DNA of 64,000 bases, taken from IMG/VR virus record IMGVR_UViG_3300037634_002953, positions 38,638 through 102,637 of that record; one strand, 5' to 3'. The stretch's first letter is position 1; the number at the start of each line of letters is the position of its first letter. Position numbers and translations under genes: made by a program. Positions 29,985-39,706 of this stretch are shown here, piece after piece. The notes beneath the pieces were generated by a model. The model was not told the DNA's origin and did not search any database. It was given only the letters and a program-made list of their open reading frames with translations. Source of the DNA: a virus. Lineage: Duplodnaviria > Caudoviricetes.

Positions 29985-31111
29985 TAGCTTGGTTTCCCCT
30001 CTCCAGTTGTAAATTCTTCTTGTACACCAGGCACTCCAAGATACGGATGCTTTTCAGGTACTCGACCAGCAACACTTTGAGATACACCTTTATTTTCTGG
30101 TAAACCACCAGTTACTGGAGGTTCAGCTGATGTTGATGAGTTCATATAAATCTTCGAAGCTGTTTCTTTATGATTGGTTGCATTTATATTAGTATCGCCT
30201 TCAGCTTTTACTTTTATATCTGTGCCGGCTGCTATATTAATACCTTGGTCGGCTTGCATATTAATATTGCCTTCTGCATGCATATTAATATCTTCAGTAG
30301 TAGCAATGCTAAAGCTATCAGTACTAAAAATATCAATATTTCCATTTGCATTCATTTCAATATGTGCGGTTCCTTCTTGGTTTGTAATAAACACAATGCC
30401 TGTTGAATCATCCAATAATACTTGAGCACCACCAGGCGTTCTCAATCGAATGTTAGTACTTCCGCTTCCATCTGCTGCTCCATCATCCATTGTTAACACT
30501 GCGCCGCCTGGCGTTGTGAATCCAGTAACTCTACTTGGTGATTCTCGCCTGGCACTACTCATACTATGGCCACGCACAAAATCGTTATCAAGACCCTGCG
30601 TAGCTAATTGATCTGTTCGTGTTTGATTAAGTGGTTTACTTATTGAATCAGTATCGTGTGGATTTTGTTCTGCTACAGGTCCAATGGAACCATCTTTATT
30701 TTCACCACTAGCATTACCGCCCATATTGTGATTACTTACTGACGTCATAAGGCCGCCAAGTAATACTGGTTGTGATATACCTGCGCTAAATTGTACCATA
30801 ACTGGTGTACCAATTGCTGGAGGAGGTGTCCACATTCCAAAACTACTTGGTGATTGATCTTCTACGCCAACATTTTCACCACTTAGGTTTGTGTTGGTTA
30901 TGCCGCCCATTGGTGTCATCATTAATGCACTATATGTTGCATCACTTTCAAATTCACCTATAGTTACACTAACTTTACCAGTACTAGTAGCATCTACATT
31001 GTCAATGACTCTGGCAATATACATGCCGTCAGGCAACGGTTGTCCAGAGTTATTTGTTCTAACACTTTCCGGCGGTAGTTGTGTTCCTGATATTCTTCTT
31101 TTGCCTGCCAT
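29984..31111 (-). CDS. gp5: Baseplate central spike gp5-like (OB-fold plus beta-helix)
   Basis: YIARV.DN.D....GKV.V, SFGMW.PPP.IG..V.V.F, IRLRT.GG.Q.LLDD, (I/N)xxxAxG repeats. Confidence 0.75.
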   Translation of the reverse strand: MAGKRRISGTQLPPESVRTNNSGQPLPDGMYIARVIDNVDATSTGKVSVTIGEFESDATYSALMMTPMGGITNTNLSGENVGVEDQSPSSFGMWTPPPAIGTPVMVQFSAGISQPVLLGGLMTSVSNHNMGGNASGENKDGSIGPVAEQNPHDTDSISKPLNQTRTDQLATQGLDNDFVRGHSMSSARRESPSRVTGFTTPGGAVLTMDDGAADGSGSTNIRLRTPGGAQVLLDDSTGIVFITNQEGTAHIEMNANGNIDIFSTDSFSIATTEDINMHAEGNINMQADQGINIAAGTDIKVKAEGDTNINATNHKETASKIYMNSSTSAEPPVTGGLPENKGVSQSVAGRVPEKHPYLGVPGVQEEFTTGEGKPS

Positions 31112-31120
31112 AATACTTCC

Positions 31121-32935
31121 TTATAATTGTTGTAACATATTTTTAACTAAATCTGATGTCAACTTATTTACTTTTATTGTTTCTAGATTCTGCGTAAACT
31201 TGCCACCTTGGAATCTATTACTGATGTTATTAACTCGGTAAACTCCACTAGTAACATGATCAAATCTACCACGTTGTTGATTTGTGGTAGATGCTATATT
31301 TTGACTAGGCAAAAAGTTAATAAATGCCATCATTAAATCACCCTTTGCTGGTTTGTCAGTACTTGTGTCAAAAATAACTTGGCCTGTGTTGTTGCTATCA
31401 ATGCCTTTCGTCATCTGTGCTGGTTGTGTTTTGTCAATTGTTGTTGGAAATGCAGCACTTGCTCCAAGCCAAAACGGATCACCAACAATTTCAATATTTA
31501 AATTCTGAAACCCTGCTTCTGTTGCAACTTGCTCTAATTGCTCTGCCGTACTACCATCCCCAGCGCCTTGCGTAGTTGATTGATCAACTACCATTGTTGA
31601 GCTAAATTCAGCAGCATGATGATGTATAGGCACTGTGTTTTGTTGTGATGGTGGTGTAGACAATGCATGGGCTGGATTTACCGCAGTTGTTTGTGATGTA
31701 AGTGGCATAAATTGACCACCATCAATAGTTTTTGTATTAAATGATGGAGGCAATGTTGTAAAATATTGAGCATTTAATGTTAAATCAGCTTCTAGTACAT
31801 CTGTATTTTCGCCAGTGTATAAAAAATCATAACGCTTGTAAATAAATGGCGACATATTTTTTAATAGACTATTTTGCACTCTAACATTTGAACGATTTGC
31901 CGGTTCACGTGTCATATGCTGTGGATTATCTGTAAATGTTGTTCCTAAACTAATATTAATATTAACTATTTGTACTATTTGATTTGTTAAGGTGTCAGTG
32001 TCTTGTGTATCAATTTCAACAGATCCAGATATAATAATTTTAGGAATACCATCTTCCCATGCTGCGGCATTTCGTTCGTCTGCCAAGTGCGGGATTTCAC
32101 CATTTAATTTTTTGTATAGGTAGGTAATAATATTAGTATTACCTTGAATTGTATCTGATATTGCCGTAGAGTCAACTTGGCCAGCGGCCATTGTAGAACT
32201 ATCCTCTACACCTGTCATTACTTTCGATAATAAATCTTTCATACTATGATCATAATTAATCTTCCAGTGTTTATGAATAATTTCAACATTATCGCCAGTG
32301 GTGGCTGTTCGTAATGCTACTTCATTTTCATTTAATGAACTTTCAAGATTAACTAACAAGTCGTTAACAGTTTTAATTCCGTCTATTTTTACTGAAGTAG
32401 GTGATCGAGCTATATCCAAGGCTTGGCGATCACGTGGATATAAATTAAGATTATATACCGTGCCCTCGACACCAACTCGTGCTGTTATAGTTTCTAATGC
32501 CAGTTGGTAATATATTGTATTAGGGTATGTCACTGGTTTCCCAGTGTACGGATTACGACCTTTAAATTCTAATTTTAAAACAAATCTTGAATTTTGAAAA
32601 CTCTTGTATCCGTAATTTACAATATTTGTATACATGGCTTCGTATAATTCAAAACCCAAAACTTCATGTATATCTAATTGCACTGCTGACGCTTGTGTCC
32701 AGGCAGTGTCGCCTCTGCCGCCAAATGCCTGTGTTGTTATTGCAACATTATCAATACCAAATCCAGCAGTATGGCCGCTTTGTGCAATCAACCATGCACG
32801 ATCAGATTTTAGTATTGCGTCATCATTTTTAAGTAATTCTGGATTATTAAAAACAGCGTCAGTTACCAAATAAAACGAAAAATTATAGGTAGGTAAATCC
32901 ACCTTGTTTAACCAGTTATCAGTTACACCATTCAT
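31121..32935 (-). CDS. Baseplate hub protein (gp27-like)
   Basis: KRYDFLYTGENTDVL, IEIVGDPFWL, SGVY.V..I...FQGGKFTQ.L; lies between gp53 and gp5. Confidence 0.6.
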   Translation of the reverse strand: MNGVTDNWLNKVDLPTYNFSFYLVTDAVFNNPELLKNDDAILKSDRAWLIAQSGHTAGFGIDNVAITTQAFGGRGDTAWTQASAVQLDIHEVLGFELYEAMYTNIVNYGYKSFQNSRFVLKLEFKGRNPYTGKPVTYPNTIYYQLALETITARVGVEGTVYNLNLYPRDRQALDIARSPTSVKIDGIKTVNDLLVNLESSLNENEVALRTATTGDNVEIIHKHWKINYDHSMKDLLSKVMTGVEDSSTMAAGQVDSTAISDTIQGNTNIITYLYKKLNGEIPHLADERNAAAWEDGIPKIIISGSVEIDTQDTDTLTNQIVQIVNINISLGTTFTDNPQHMTREPANRSNVRVQNSLLKNMSPFIYKRYDFLYTGENTDVLEADLTLNAQYFTTLPPSFNTKTIDGGQFMPLTSQTTAVNPAHALSTPPSQQNTVPIHHHAAEFSSTMVVDQSTTQGAGDGSTAEQLEQVATEAGFQNLNIEIVGDPFWLGASAAFPTTIDKTQPAQMTKGIDSNNTGQVIFDTSTDKPAKGDLMMAFINFLPSQNIASTTNQQRGRFDHVTSGVYRVNNISNRFQGGKFTQNLETIKVNKLTSDLVKNMLQQL

Positions 32936-33225
32936 TAAATAAACCTGTCAGGTACTTGTATTGTTAATCCTGCCTTAAAATCAATTATAGGGTCTTGCAA
33001 AAGGTCTTGATTAAATTCTGCAAATACCCACCATAACTTGGCATCTCCATATCTATCGTATGCCATTAAATCTGGGCGCATATTATATTTGTTCTCAATC
33101 TCAATTTCAAGTAATGTATGTGAATCATCATGGCTAATATTACTTTCGTAAATATCAAGATATTTGTCATCAATTATTAAAGTGTTTCTATATAAACTAC
33201 TTGGGTGATATTTTATATCTGCCAT
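32935..33225 (-). CDS. gp53: Baseplate wedge gp53-like LysM protein
   Basis: RPDLMAYD.YGD.KLWWVFA..N...DPI.DF.AG..I.VP. Confidence 0.8.
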   Translation of the reverse strand: MADIKYHPSSLYRNTLIIDDKYLDIYESNISHDDSHTLLEIEIENKYNMRPDLMAYDRYGDAKLWWVFAEFNQDLLQDPIIDFKAGLTIQVPDRFI

Positions 33226-33824
33226 TACATAAATCCTCGTTTCAACAATGAACCGTCACGATATTGTCCAGCGTTAAACGTATTTCTAACATTTACTGGT
33301 CGTTGCTGTACTTGTAATTCTATACTTGCAAGAAATAATGCAGGTACACTTACATCAATTCCATTCTGCGTCAATGATACATAATCTATATCTTCTGGCA
33401 ACGTATAACTAAAGCCAGTAAGTATTACTGGAACATTTTTCATATTTAATTCACCAAATGCACTAAATTTTAGTACTGGTGGTGGTACGCCTGGATTACC
33501 GCTACTTCTTCCAAATTCGCCTTTTGTCATTGATTTAAAAAAATGTAGTGCGGCTGCATTATATTCTGCATCATCATGTGTTTGTGATGCAAATTGTGCT
33601 GTTAAACTAATACTTGGGTTACGGGTATTGACCCAATAGTTTGCCTGGTAAACGCTATGTGCAACATCATATGTTCCATAATTAGCTTGGTGACTAACTT
33701 GAATCGTTGGAGAATAAGGGAATACTACACCACCAGTCTTAGCCAATGGTGCTAGTGCGCCCTCTAATGACACTCCATTGACAGTTAATTTAACTTTATG
33801 ACTGCTTGGTACACCGCCGCTCAT
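33225..33824 (-). CDS. Tail tube initiator / baseplate gp48-gp54-like protein
   Basis: FPYSPTI, PPPVLKFSAFG...NVPVI...FSY.LP.DIDY. Confidence 0.6.
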   Translation of the reverse strand: MSGGVPSSHKVKLTVNGVSLEGALAPLAKTGGVVFPYSPTIQVSHQANYGTYDVAHSVYQANYWVNTRNPSISLTAQFASQTHDDAEYNAAALHFFKSMTKGEFGRSSGNPGVPPPVLKFSAFGELNMKNVPVILTGFSYTLPEDIDYVSLTQNGIDVSVPALFLASIELQVQQRPVNVRNTFNAGQYRDGSLLKRGFM

Positions 33825-34453
33825 GATGAAACTCGCTCCACTATAATATCAAATACTTCTTGATCAAATTTACCAAAGAAATTAACAAATGTTTTTTGTT
33901 TTTCTTCAATAGCTAATTCTGGATTTGCCATATCGTTACGGAAATCTGTTGCACTCATGCCACCTTTTTCAATTGGCATTTCAAGTAAGTATGCACGGTT
34001 TATGTCACCATTTTCTGTGTATGATTCCATTGCACTTAAATCTTTTGGCAATGGATGTATTGTTGGTGAACTTTTCAATCTACCTGCATCCTTGGCACTA
34101 AATACCAGTACAACCGCACTGTCATCTGAATTCCTGCCCATCTTACTAAGATCAGGTCGATAAGGACTTGTTTGTACTACGTTTGTGATTCCAAACATTT
34201 TTTTTATAATTCCTGCCTTTTCATCAAAGGTGAAGGGGTTTTTGCTAAAGTTGCCAGCTCGATGTTCTTTTTCTGCCTCTTTGCTAAATGTAGTAGCTAT
34301 AAAGACATTTTCTTGACCAAACTGCTTAACTAGTTTAGAATATAACAAATAATGTCCTTGATGCATAGGTTGGAATCGACCACCGTATACCACGGTAACA
34401 TTTTTTGCTTGGGCTTCCGTTAGAGCCTCTAGTATGATATCATTAATGCGCAT
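33821..34453 (-). CDS. Cytidyltransferase-like (HxGH) nucleotidyltransferase
   Basis: YGGRFQPMHQGH, NPFTF.EK, MSATDFR. Confidence 0.8.
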   Translation of the reverse strand: MRINDIILEALTEAQAKNVTVVYGGRFQPMHQGHYLLYSKLVKQFGQENVFIATTFSKEAEKEHRAGNFSKNPFTFDEKAGIIKKMFGITNVVQTSPYRPDLSKMGRNSDDSAVVLVFSAKDAGRLKSSPTIHPLPKDLSAMESYTENGDINRAYLLEMPIEKGGMSATDFRNDMANPELAIEEKQKTFVNFFGKFDQEVFDIIVERVSS

Positions 34454-34472
34454 AGTTATCTCCCGTATAATG

Positions 34473-34480
34473 TATTTATG
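34473..34480 (-). promoter_or_regulatory. gp55-type late promoter heading the tail/baseplate operon
   Basis: CATAAATA about 20 nt upstream of ATG 34453, with GGAG RBS. Confidence 0.6.
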
Positions 34481-34503
34481 CTATGAAAACCCATTGATTT
34501 CAT

Positions 34504-34531
34504 TTGACTTTAAAAATAACGATGTTATAAT
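34504..34531 (+). promoter_or_regulatory. Sigma70-type promoter for gp55-gp47-gp46
   Basis: TTGACT-N16-TATAAT with extended -10 TG; AGGAG RBS downstream. Confidence 0.7.
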
Positions 34532-34554
34532 AAGTATATAGGAGAATTATATAT

Positions 34555-35412
34555 ATGGCTAAAGCACCAAAACAATATTATCTAACTAACAAAGATTTAT
34601 TACGAGAAATACATAACAGCAAAATGACATACTGCTGGCTAATAGACGAAAAATATTTTTATTTCGATTTGATTATTGAAGATTTTGACAGTATTAACGA
34701 TGAAACCATAGCTGAAGCTAAAAAGAATCATGCAACACGGCTAACCAAAGCTGCGCATGAAGCAGATGTTAAACGATGGGAAGCAGGACTAATTAAACGC
34801 AAAACTAAACCAAGAACCGCAGACTATGCTGTTGATCCAGATAGCATACCTACTGATGATATTGTGTTTAGATTTATGACGTTTGATCATATCCCATTGG
34901 AAAAACGTAAGAAAAATCCTAAAACTGTAGCTGATCACCATTCTCGTTGCAATTTTCCTCCATTCAAACATATTGCTTATATTAATGACGAATGGTCAGA
35001 AGTTGCTCGAAGTCACTGGGACGGTGAATTAGACGATGGCGCATTTAGTATTACATGCGGAGAAACTAATCATAAACTTGCATTGATGTATATGAAATTA
35101 TGTGAACGTTATAGCCGTCGTGGCAACTGGCGTGGTTATACATATAATGACGAAATGCGTGGTCAAGCACTATTACAACTTGCGCAAATCGGTCTTCAAT
35201 TCAATGAATTGAAAAGCCAAAATCCATTCGCATACTATACAGCAGCAATAAACAATAGTTTTACCAGAGTATTAAACTTAGAAAAGCGTAGTCAAAATAT
35301 ACGCGATGATTTATTAGAACAAAACGGACTTGAACCAAGTTGGACTAGAACATTTAGTGCAGAGTGGGATGCTATTCAAGAACGTGGCAAATTAAGCGAT
35401 CCTGACGCATAA
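34555..35412 (+). CDS. gp55: Late-transcription sigma factor, gp55-like
   Basis: YLTNKDLL N-terminus, NWRGYTYNDEM, FNE.KS.NPFAYYT; precedes gp47/gp46 as in T4. Confidence 0.85.
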   Translation: MAKAPKQYYLTNKDLLREIHNSKMTYCWLIDEKYFYFDLIIEDFDSINDETIAEAKKNHATRLTKAAHEADVKRWEAGLIKRKTKPRTADYAVDPDSIPTDDIVFRFMTFDHIPLEKRKKNPKTVADHHSRCNFPPFKHIAYINDEWSEVARSHWDGELDDGAFSITCGETNHKLALMYMKLCERYSRRGNWRGYTYNDEMRGQALLQLAQIGLQFNELKSQNPFAYYTAAINNSFTRVLNLEKRSQNIRDDLLEQNGLEPSWTRTFSAEWDAIQERGKLSDPDA

Positions 35413-35437
35413 TATATAATATAAGGTAGATAAGTTT

Positions 35438-36463
35438 ATGATGTTTGATGAGGCAGTAATCTTTACTGATATTCATTTTGGAATGAAGAATAATAGTCGA
35501 CAACACAATATCGACTGTGAAGAATTTATTAAATGGATGATTGAGCAAGCACACGCCAGAGGTGTTAAAAAATGCTTTTTCTTAGGTGATTGGCATCACA
35601 ATCGTGCCAGTATTAATGTTAGTACATTAAATTATACAACTAGTAATCTAAAACGACTTAGTGAAAACTTTGATGAAGTTATCATGATTACTGGTAATCA
35701 TGATTTATATTATCGTGAGAAACGTGAGATCCATAGTCTAGCAATGGTAGATCGTTACTCCAATATACGCATGATTAATGATGATATATATCAAGAAGAT
35801 GGTGTGGCATTTATTCCGTGGCTCGTTGAAGATGAATGGAAACGACTTAAAGAATTAAAATGCAAATTTATGTTTGGTCATTTTGAACTCCCTAGTTTTT
35901 ATATGAATGCGCTGGTGCAAATGCCAGATCATGGTCATGGCATAAAACCAGAACATTTTAAAAATGCTAACAAAGTGTTTAGCGGGCATTTTCATAAACG
36001 CCAGGAGCAAGGTAATATCATTTATCCCGGTAACTGTTTTCCACATAATTTTAGTGATGCATGGGATGATGATCGTGGCATTACGTTCCTTAAATGGAAT
36101 GGTGATCATGACTACATGACTTGGCCGGACGCGCCAAAGTATCGTACCATTCCGCTAAGTAAATTGATTGACAGACCTGAAGAAATATTGTCTAATAACA
36201 CATATTGTCGAATAAGTCTTGACGTTCCTATCACATATGAAGAAGCAAACTTTATTAAAGAAACATTTGCTAAACAGTATGACTTACGTGAAATTGCACT
36301 CATGCCTAGCGGAAAAGAAGAACTAAGTCAAGATTGGGATAATAACGGCAATGTTGAAGTTGAAAATGTTGATAGTATTGTATTAACACAACTTAGTGCT
36401 ATCGAATCACCAACTATAAAAAATAACATACTAATTGATATCTATAATAGGTTGAACCAATAA
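35438..36463 (+). CDS. gp47: Recombination nuclease, gp47/Mre11/SbcD-like
   Basis: FTDIHFG, LGDWHH, GNHD, GHFE, SGHFH metallophosphoesterase motifs. Confidence 0.92.
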   Translation: MMFDEAVIFTDIHFGMKNNSRQHNIDCEEFIKWMIEQAHARGVKKCFFLGDWHHNRASINVSTLNYTTSNLKRLSENFDEVIMITGNHDLYYREKREIHSLAMVDRYSNIRMINDDIYQEDGVAFIPWLVEDEWKRLKELKCKFMFGHFELPSFYMNALVQMPDHGHGIKPEHFKNANKVFSGHFHKRQEQGNIIYPGNCFPHNFSDAWDDDRGITFLKWNGDHDYMTWPDAPKYRTIPLSKLIDRPEEILSNNTYCRISLDVPITYEEANFIKETFAKQYDLREIALMPSGKEELSQDWDNNGNVEVENVDSIVLTQLSAIESPTIKNNILIDIYNRLNQ

Positions 36464-38236
36464 ATGCTAAAAATTAAAAATATAACTGTTAAGAATTTTA
36501 TGAGTGTAGGTAATGTAACACAAGCTGTACACTTTGATAATGCAGGATTAACTCTTGTATTAGGTAACAACTTAGATTTAGGTGGCGACGGTTCGCGTAA
36601 TGGCACTGGTAAAACTACAATTGTTAACGCATTAAGCTATGCATTGTATGGTAACGCATTATACAATATTAAGAAAGACAACTTAGTTAATAAAACAAAT
36701 AACAAAGGAATGTTGGTTACTGTAGAATTTGCAAAGGATGGCGTTAATTATCGCATTGAACGTGGACGCAAACCAAATATTTTCAAGTTTATTGTTAATG
36801 ATATTGACAATGACGATTCAACAGACGAGATGCAAGGTGAAGGTCGCCTGACCCAACATAACATTGAAAAAGTATTAGGTATGAGTCATACAATGTTCAA
36901 GCATATTGTTGCATTGAACACTTATACAGAACCATTCCTAAGTATGCGAGCTAATGACCAACGTGAGCTTATCGAGCAATTGTTGGGTATTACTCAGCTT
37001 AGTGAAAAGGCTGAAATTTTAAAAGAGCTTGTCAGAGAGAATAAAGAAAATATACAAGAAGAAACATATCGTATTAAGGCAGTTGAAGATGCCAATGAGC
37101 AAATACAAAAAAGTATCACTGATTTAGAACGCAGGGAGCGGCTGTGGGGTAAAAATACACAAACCCAAATTGACGATCTAAGCAAAGAACTCAATGCTAT
37201 GCAACTTGTAGATATTGATATAGAACTACAATCACATGCTGATTTTGCTGAATTTAAAAATCAAAAACTTCAATTTGATACATTAACTACTGAAGTTGCA
37301 AAGTTGACAACTTCAATTGAACGCGAACAAAAACGTCTTATAAAAGCACAAAAAGACTTGGATGCAACACTTGAACACAAATGCTATGCATGTGGCCAAG
37401 AATTGCATGACGATACACATGAAAAAATTGTTGCAACAAAAACAGAAACTGTGCGTGAAGGTCAGGAGCATATCGACGAACATATTACTCAAGTAACTGA
37501 ATACACTAATGCATTAAACACCATTGGTGAAATTGGCGTTGCTCCTAAATTACATTACAAAAGTATTCAAGAAGCATATGAACATCAAAACAAACTTAGT
37601 AATATTGAAAGTGAAATCAATCGTTTAAGTAATAGTAGTAACCCATATGTAGAACAAATTGAAAGTTTAACAGAAACTGGCTTACAGGTTTTAGATTGGG
37701 CTGAGGTCAATCGTTTAACTGAGTTAAAAGACCATCAAGATTTCCTACTTAAACTATTGACCAACAAGGATAGTTTTATTCGTAAAAAGATTATTGAACA
37801 AAACTTACAGTTCTTAAATAATCGCTTAGAATATTATATCACTAAGCTAGGATTGCCACATGAAGTACAATTCCAGAGCGATTTAAATGTAAGTATTGTA
37901 CAACTTGGCCAGGACTTAGACTTTGATAACTTATCACGTGGTGAGCGTAATAGATTGATACTTGGTCTCAGTTGGGCATTTCGTGATGTTTTCGAAAGTA
38001 TGAACCATCCTGTTAATTTAGTATGTATTGATGAACTAGTAGATAGTGGCATGGATACTATTGGTGTTGAAAGTGCGCTAGGAGTTCTTAAGAAAATGGA
38101 ACGTGATCGTTCCAAGAACATCTTGCTTATTTCGCATAGAGACGAGCTAGTAGGCCGTGTACAAAGTGTATTGCAGGTCACTAAAGAAAATGGATTTACT
38201 ACTTTCAATACTGAAATAGAAGTGATTGATGCATGA
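36464..38236 (+). CDS. gp46: Recombination ATPase, gp46/Rad50/SbcC-like
   Basis: Walker A NGTGKTT, coiled coil with CYACG hook, LSRGE signature, IDELVD, ISH. Confidence 0.93.
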   Translation: MLKIKNITVKNFMSVGNVTQAVHFDNAGLTLVLGNNLDLGGDGSRNGTGKTTIVNALSYALYGNALYNIKKDNLVNKTNNKGMLVTVEFAKDGVNYRIERGRKPNIFKFIVNDIDNDDSTDEMQGEGRLTQHNIEKVLGMSHTMFKHIVALNTYTEPFLSMRANDQRELIEQLLGITQLSEKAEILKELVRENKENIQEETYRIKAVEDANEQIQKSITDLERRERLWGKNTQTQIDDLSKELNAMQLVDIDIELQSHADFAEFKNQKLQFDTLTTEVAKLTTSIEREQKRLIKAQKDLDATLEHKCYACGQELHDDTHEKIVATKTETVREGQEHIDEHITQVTEYTNALNTIGEIGVAPKLHYKSIQEAYEHQNKLSNIESEINRLSNSSNPYVEQIESLTETGLQVLDWAEVNRLTELKDHQDFLLKLLTNKDSFIRKKIIEQNLQFLNNRLEYYITKLGLPHEVQFQSDLNVSIVQLGQDLDFDNLSRGERNRLILGLSWAFRDVFESMNHPVNLVCIDELVDSGMDTIGVESALGVLKKMERDRSKNILLISHRDELVGRVQSVLQVTKENGFTTFNTEIEVIDA

Positions 38237-38259
38237 TGATTTATTATATAAAAAATCAC

Positions 38260-38288
38260 TTGACATTAAACTTAGATTCAAGTATAGT
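38260..38288 (+). promoter_or_regulatory. Sigma70-type promoter upstream of the resolvase region
   Basis: TTGACA-N17-TATAGT. Confidence 0.65.
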
Positions 38289-38327
38289 TATAAGCATGAA
38301 TCTACAACCTGAAGATAAATTAAGACA

Positions 38328-38678
38328 GTGCCAATGGAAAATTTAATAAATATGATGCAGCCAAATGCACCATGGATATTTGAAAGTCCAGATGGCGGGA
38401 AGACTGTTTATCAGAGACAGGCTGGTGATTCAAAAAGAATTAAAATTAAGGATACTATGACAAAAAAGGGATCAGGACCTGATTCAGACGATTCAGACGA
38501 TACAACTAGTGATAATATTTTTGATATTATCAATAATGCTGATAACAATACAAAATCGAACAATATTTGGATTTATAAAACTGATTTAAATCATGCTAAA
38601 GTACGGCATGCTCTTGGTCCAGATGTGATTCAAGAGTTAGAAAAATTACTAGAGCAAGAGCATGGCGAGCAAGAGTAA
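38328..38678 (+). CDS. Hypothetical protein (IFESPDGGKTVY motif plus D/N-rich linker)
   Basis: ORF downstream of the promoter and overlapping the next gene; start uncertain. Confidence 0.55.
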   Translation: MPMENLINMMQPNAPWIFESPDGGKTVYQRQAGDSKRIKIKDTMTKKGSGPDSDDSDDTTSDNIFDIINNADNNTKSNNIWIYKTDLNHAKVRHALGPDVIQELEKLLEQEHGEQE

Positions 38679-39192
38679 AAATAAAGGAAAAGGATTCGAA
38701 CGTGAAGTTTGTAAATTACTTGGCGAACTTTATGACGATAATTTTGAACGTGTACCACATAGTGGCGCGTTTGTTGGTGGCATTAATGCCGCACGTAAGA
38801 GTACACTTACGGAAAATCAAATCAAGGCTTTCAAGGGCGATATAATTCCACCCGATCAGTGGCGTTATTTTAACTGCGAGTGTAAAAACTATGCAGATTT
38901 TCCCTTCCATCATTTATTACAATCAAAAACAATCCCATTACTAGAACAGTGGATTGACCAAACAATGGATGCTCACGATAAAGGTGACATAGACTTATTG
39001 TTTATGAAGTTTAATCGTAAAGGCATTTACTTGGCATTCCCTGCTAGTATCAAAAATCAATTCTCATTAACCAATCATATAACTTATAATTCCCAACATG
39101 GTCCATGGATTATGACTTTTTGGGAAGACTTCCAAAACTTAAAAACAAACACAAAATCAATAGAAACTCTGGCTATTAACGGCATATCTTAG
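38662..39192 (+). CDS. PD-(D/E)XK Holliday-junction resolvase-like nuclease
   Basis: SKNKGKGFERE, RVPHSGA, GDII.P, ECK.Y. Confidence 0.8.
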   Translation: MASKSKNKGKGFEREVCKLLGELYDDNFERVPHSGAFVGGINAARKSTLTENQIKAFKGDIIPPDQWRYFNCECKNYADFPFHHLLQSKTIPLLEQWIDQTMDAHDKGDIDLLFMKFNRKGIYLAFPASIKNQFSLTNHITYNSQHGPWIMTFWEDFQNLKTNTKSIETLAINGIS

Positions 39193-39249
39193 GCTAATAC
39201 AACCAATCCTACACAATACTAATACAGGCTTATACAAACTAGTCATAAG

Positions 39250-39655
39250 GTTGGCGCGCCGGATATTTCATTGCGCTATCAAAACCGTTCTGATGTGAGA
39301 CGGTAGATAATAGTTTTTCTAGTTAACTGCTTCAATACTCTACCCACTGGATTTCTAGTGGATGCCTTAAAAGATACTCAGATGAGTAATGCTTTAGTGT
39401 TGTCGTAATGGTTGTAGCATAGTAATATGTGAATAAACGATCAAGCTCTACTGACAATTGTATCTTGAGGGTAGCCGTTAGCTGATATCATGGCAACTGG
39501 TGGTCCTGCGTTGACTAGACGCATTGTAATAGGAGGTATCGCTCAACCGCCTCCCCCTGTTTAAAGGTTATGTTATGATATTGTGGATGATTGCGACAGG
39601 AAAAGTCAAAAATTATTTTTTTCACACTGTGGCCTGACTCAGGCTAAGTGTGATT
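39250..39655 (+). ncRNA. Candidate large multi-helix structured RNA, family unassigned
   Basis: ORF-free; nested long-range helices 39401-39409/39590-39598 and 39484-39495/39571-39582, many local hairpins, a GUAA tetraloop, and G-U pairs favouring the + strand. Confidence 0.55.
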
Positions 39656-39706
39656 GAATGCTTCGAGGAAAATAGTATAATATAGTTATTATCAACTAAT
39701 ATATAG

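Noticed and set aside
38296-38346. 16-codon ORF MNLQPEDKLRQCQWKI after the sigma70 promoter
   Set aside because: No RBS and too short to support; leaderless translation cannot be excluded.
39507-39523. GTTGACTAGAC resembling the IscB omega-RNA/HEARO motif
   Set aside because: No GTCAAC partner or IscB/TnpB gene nearby; the sequence is explained as a local hairpin.
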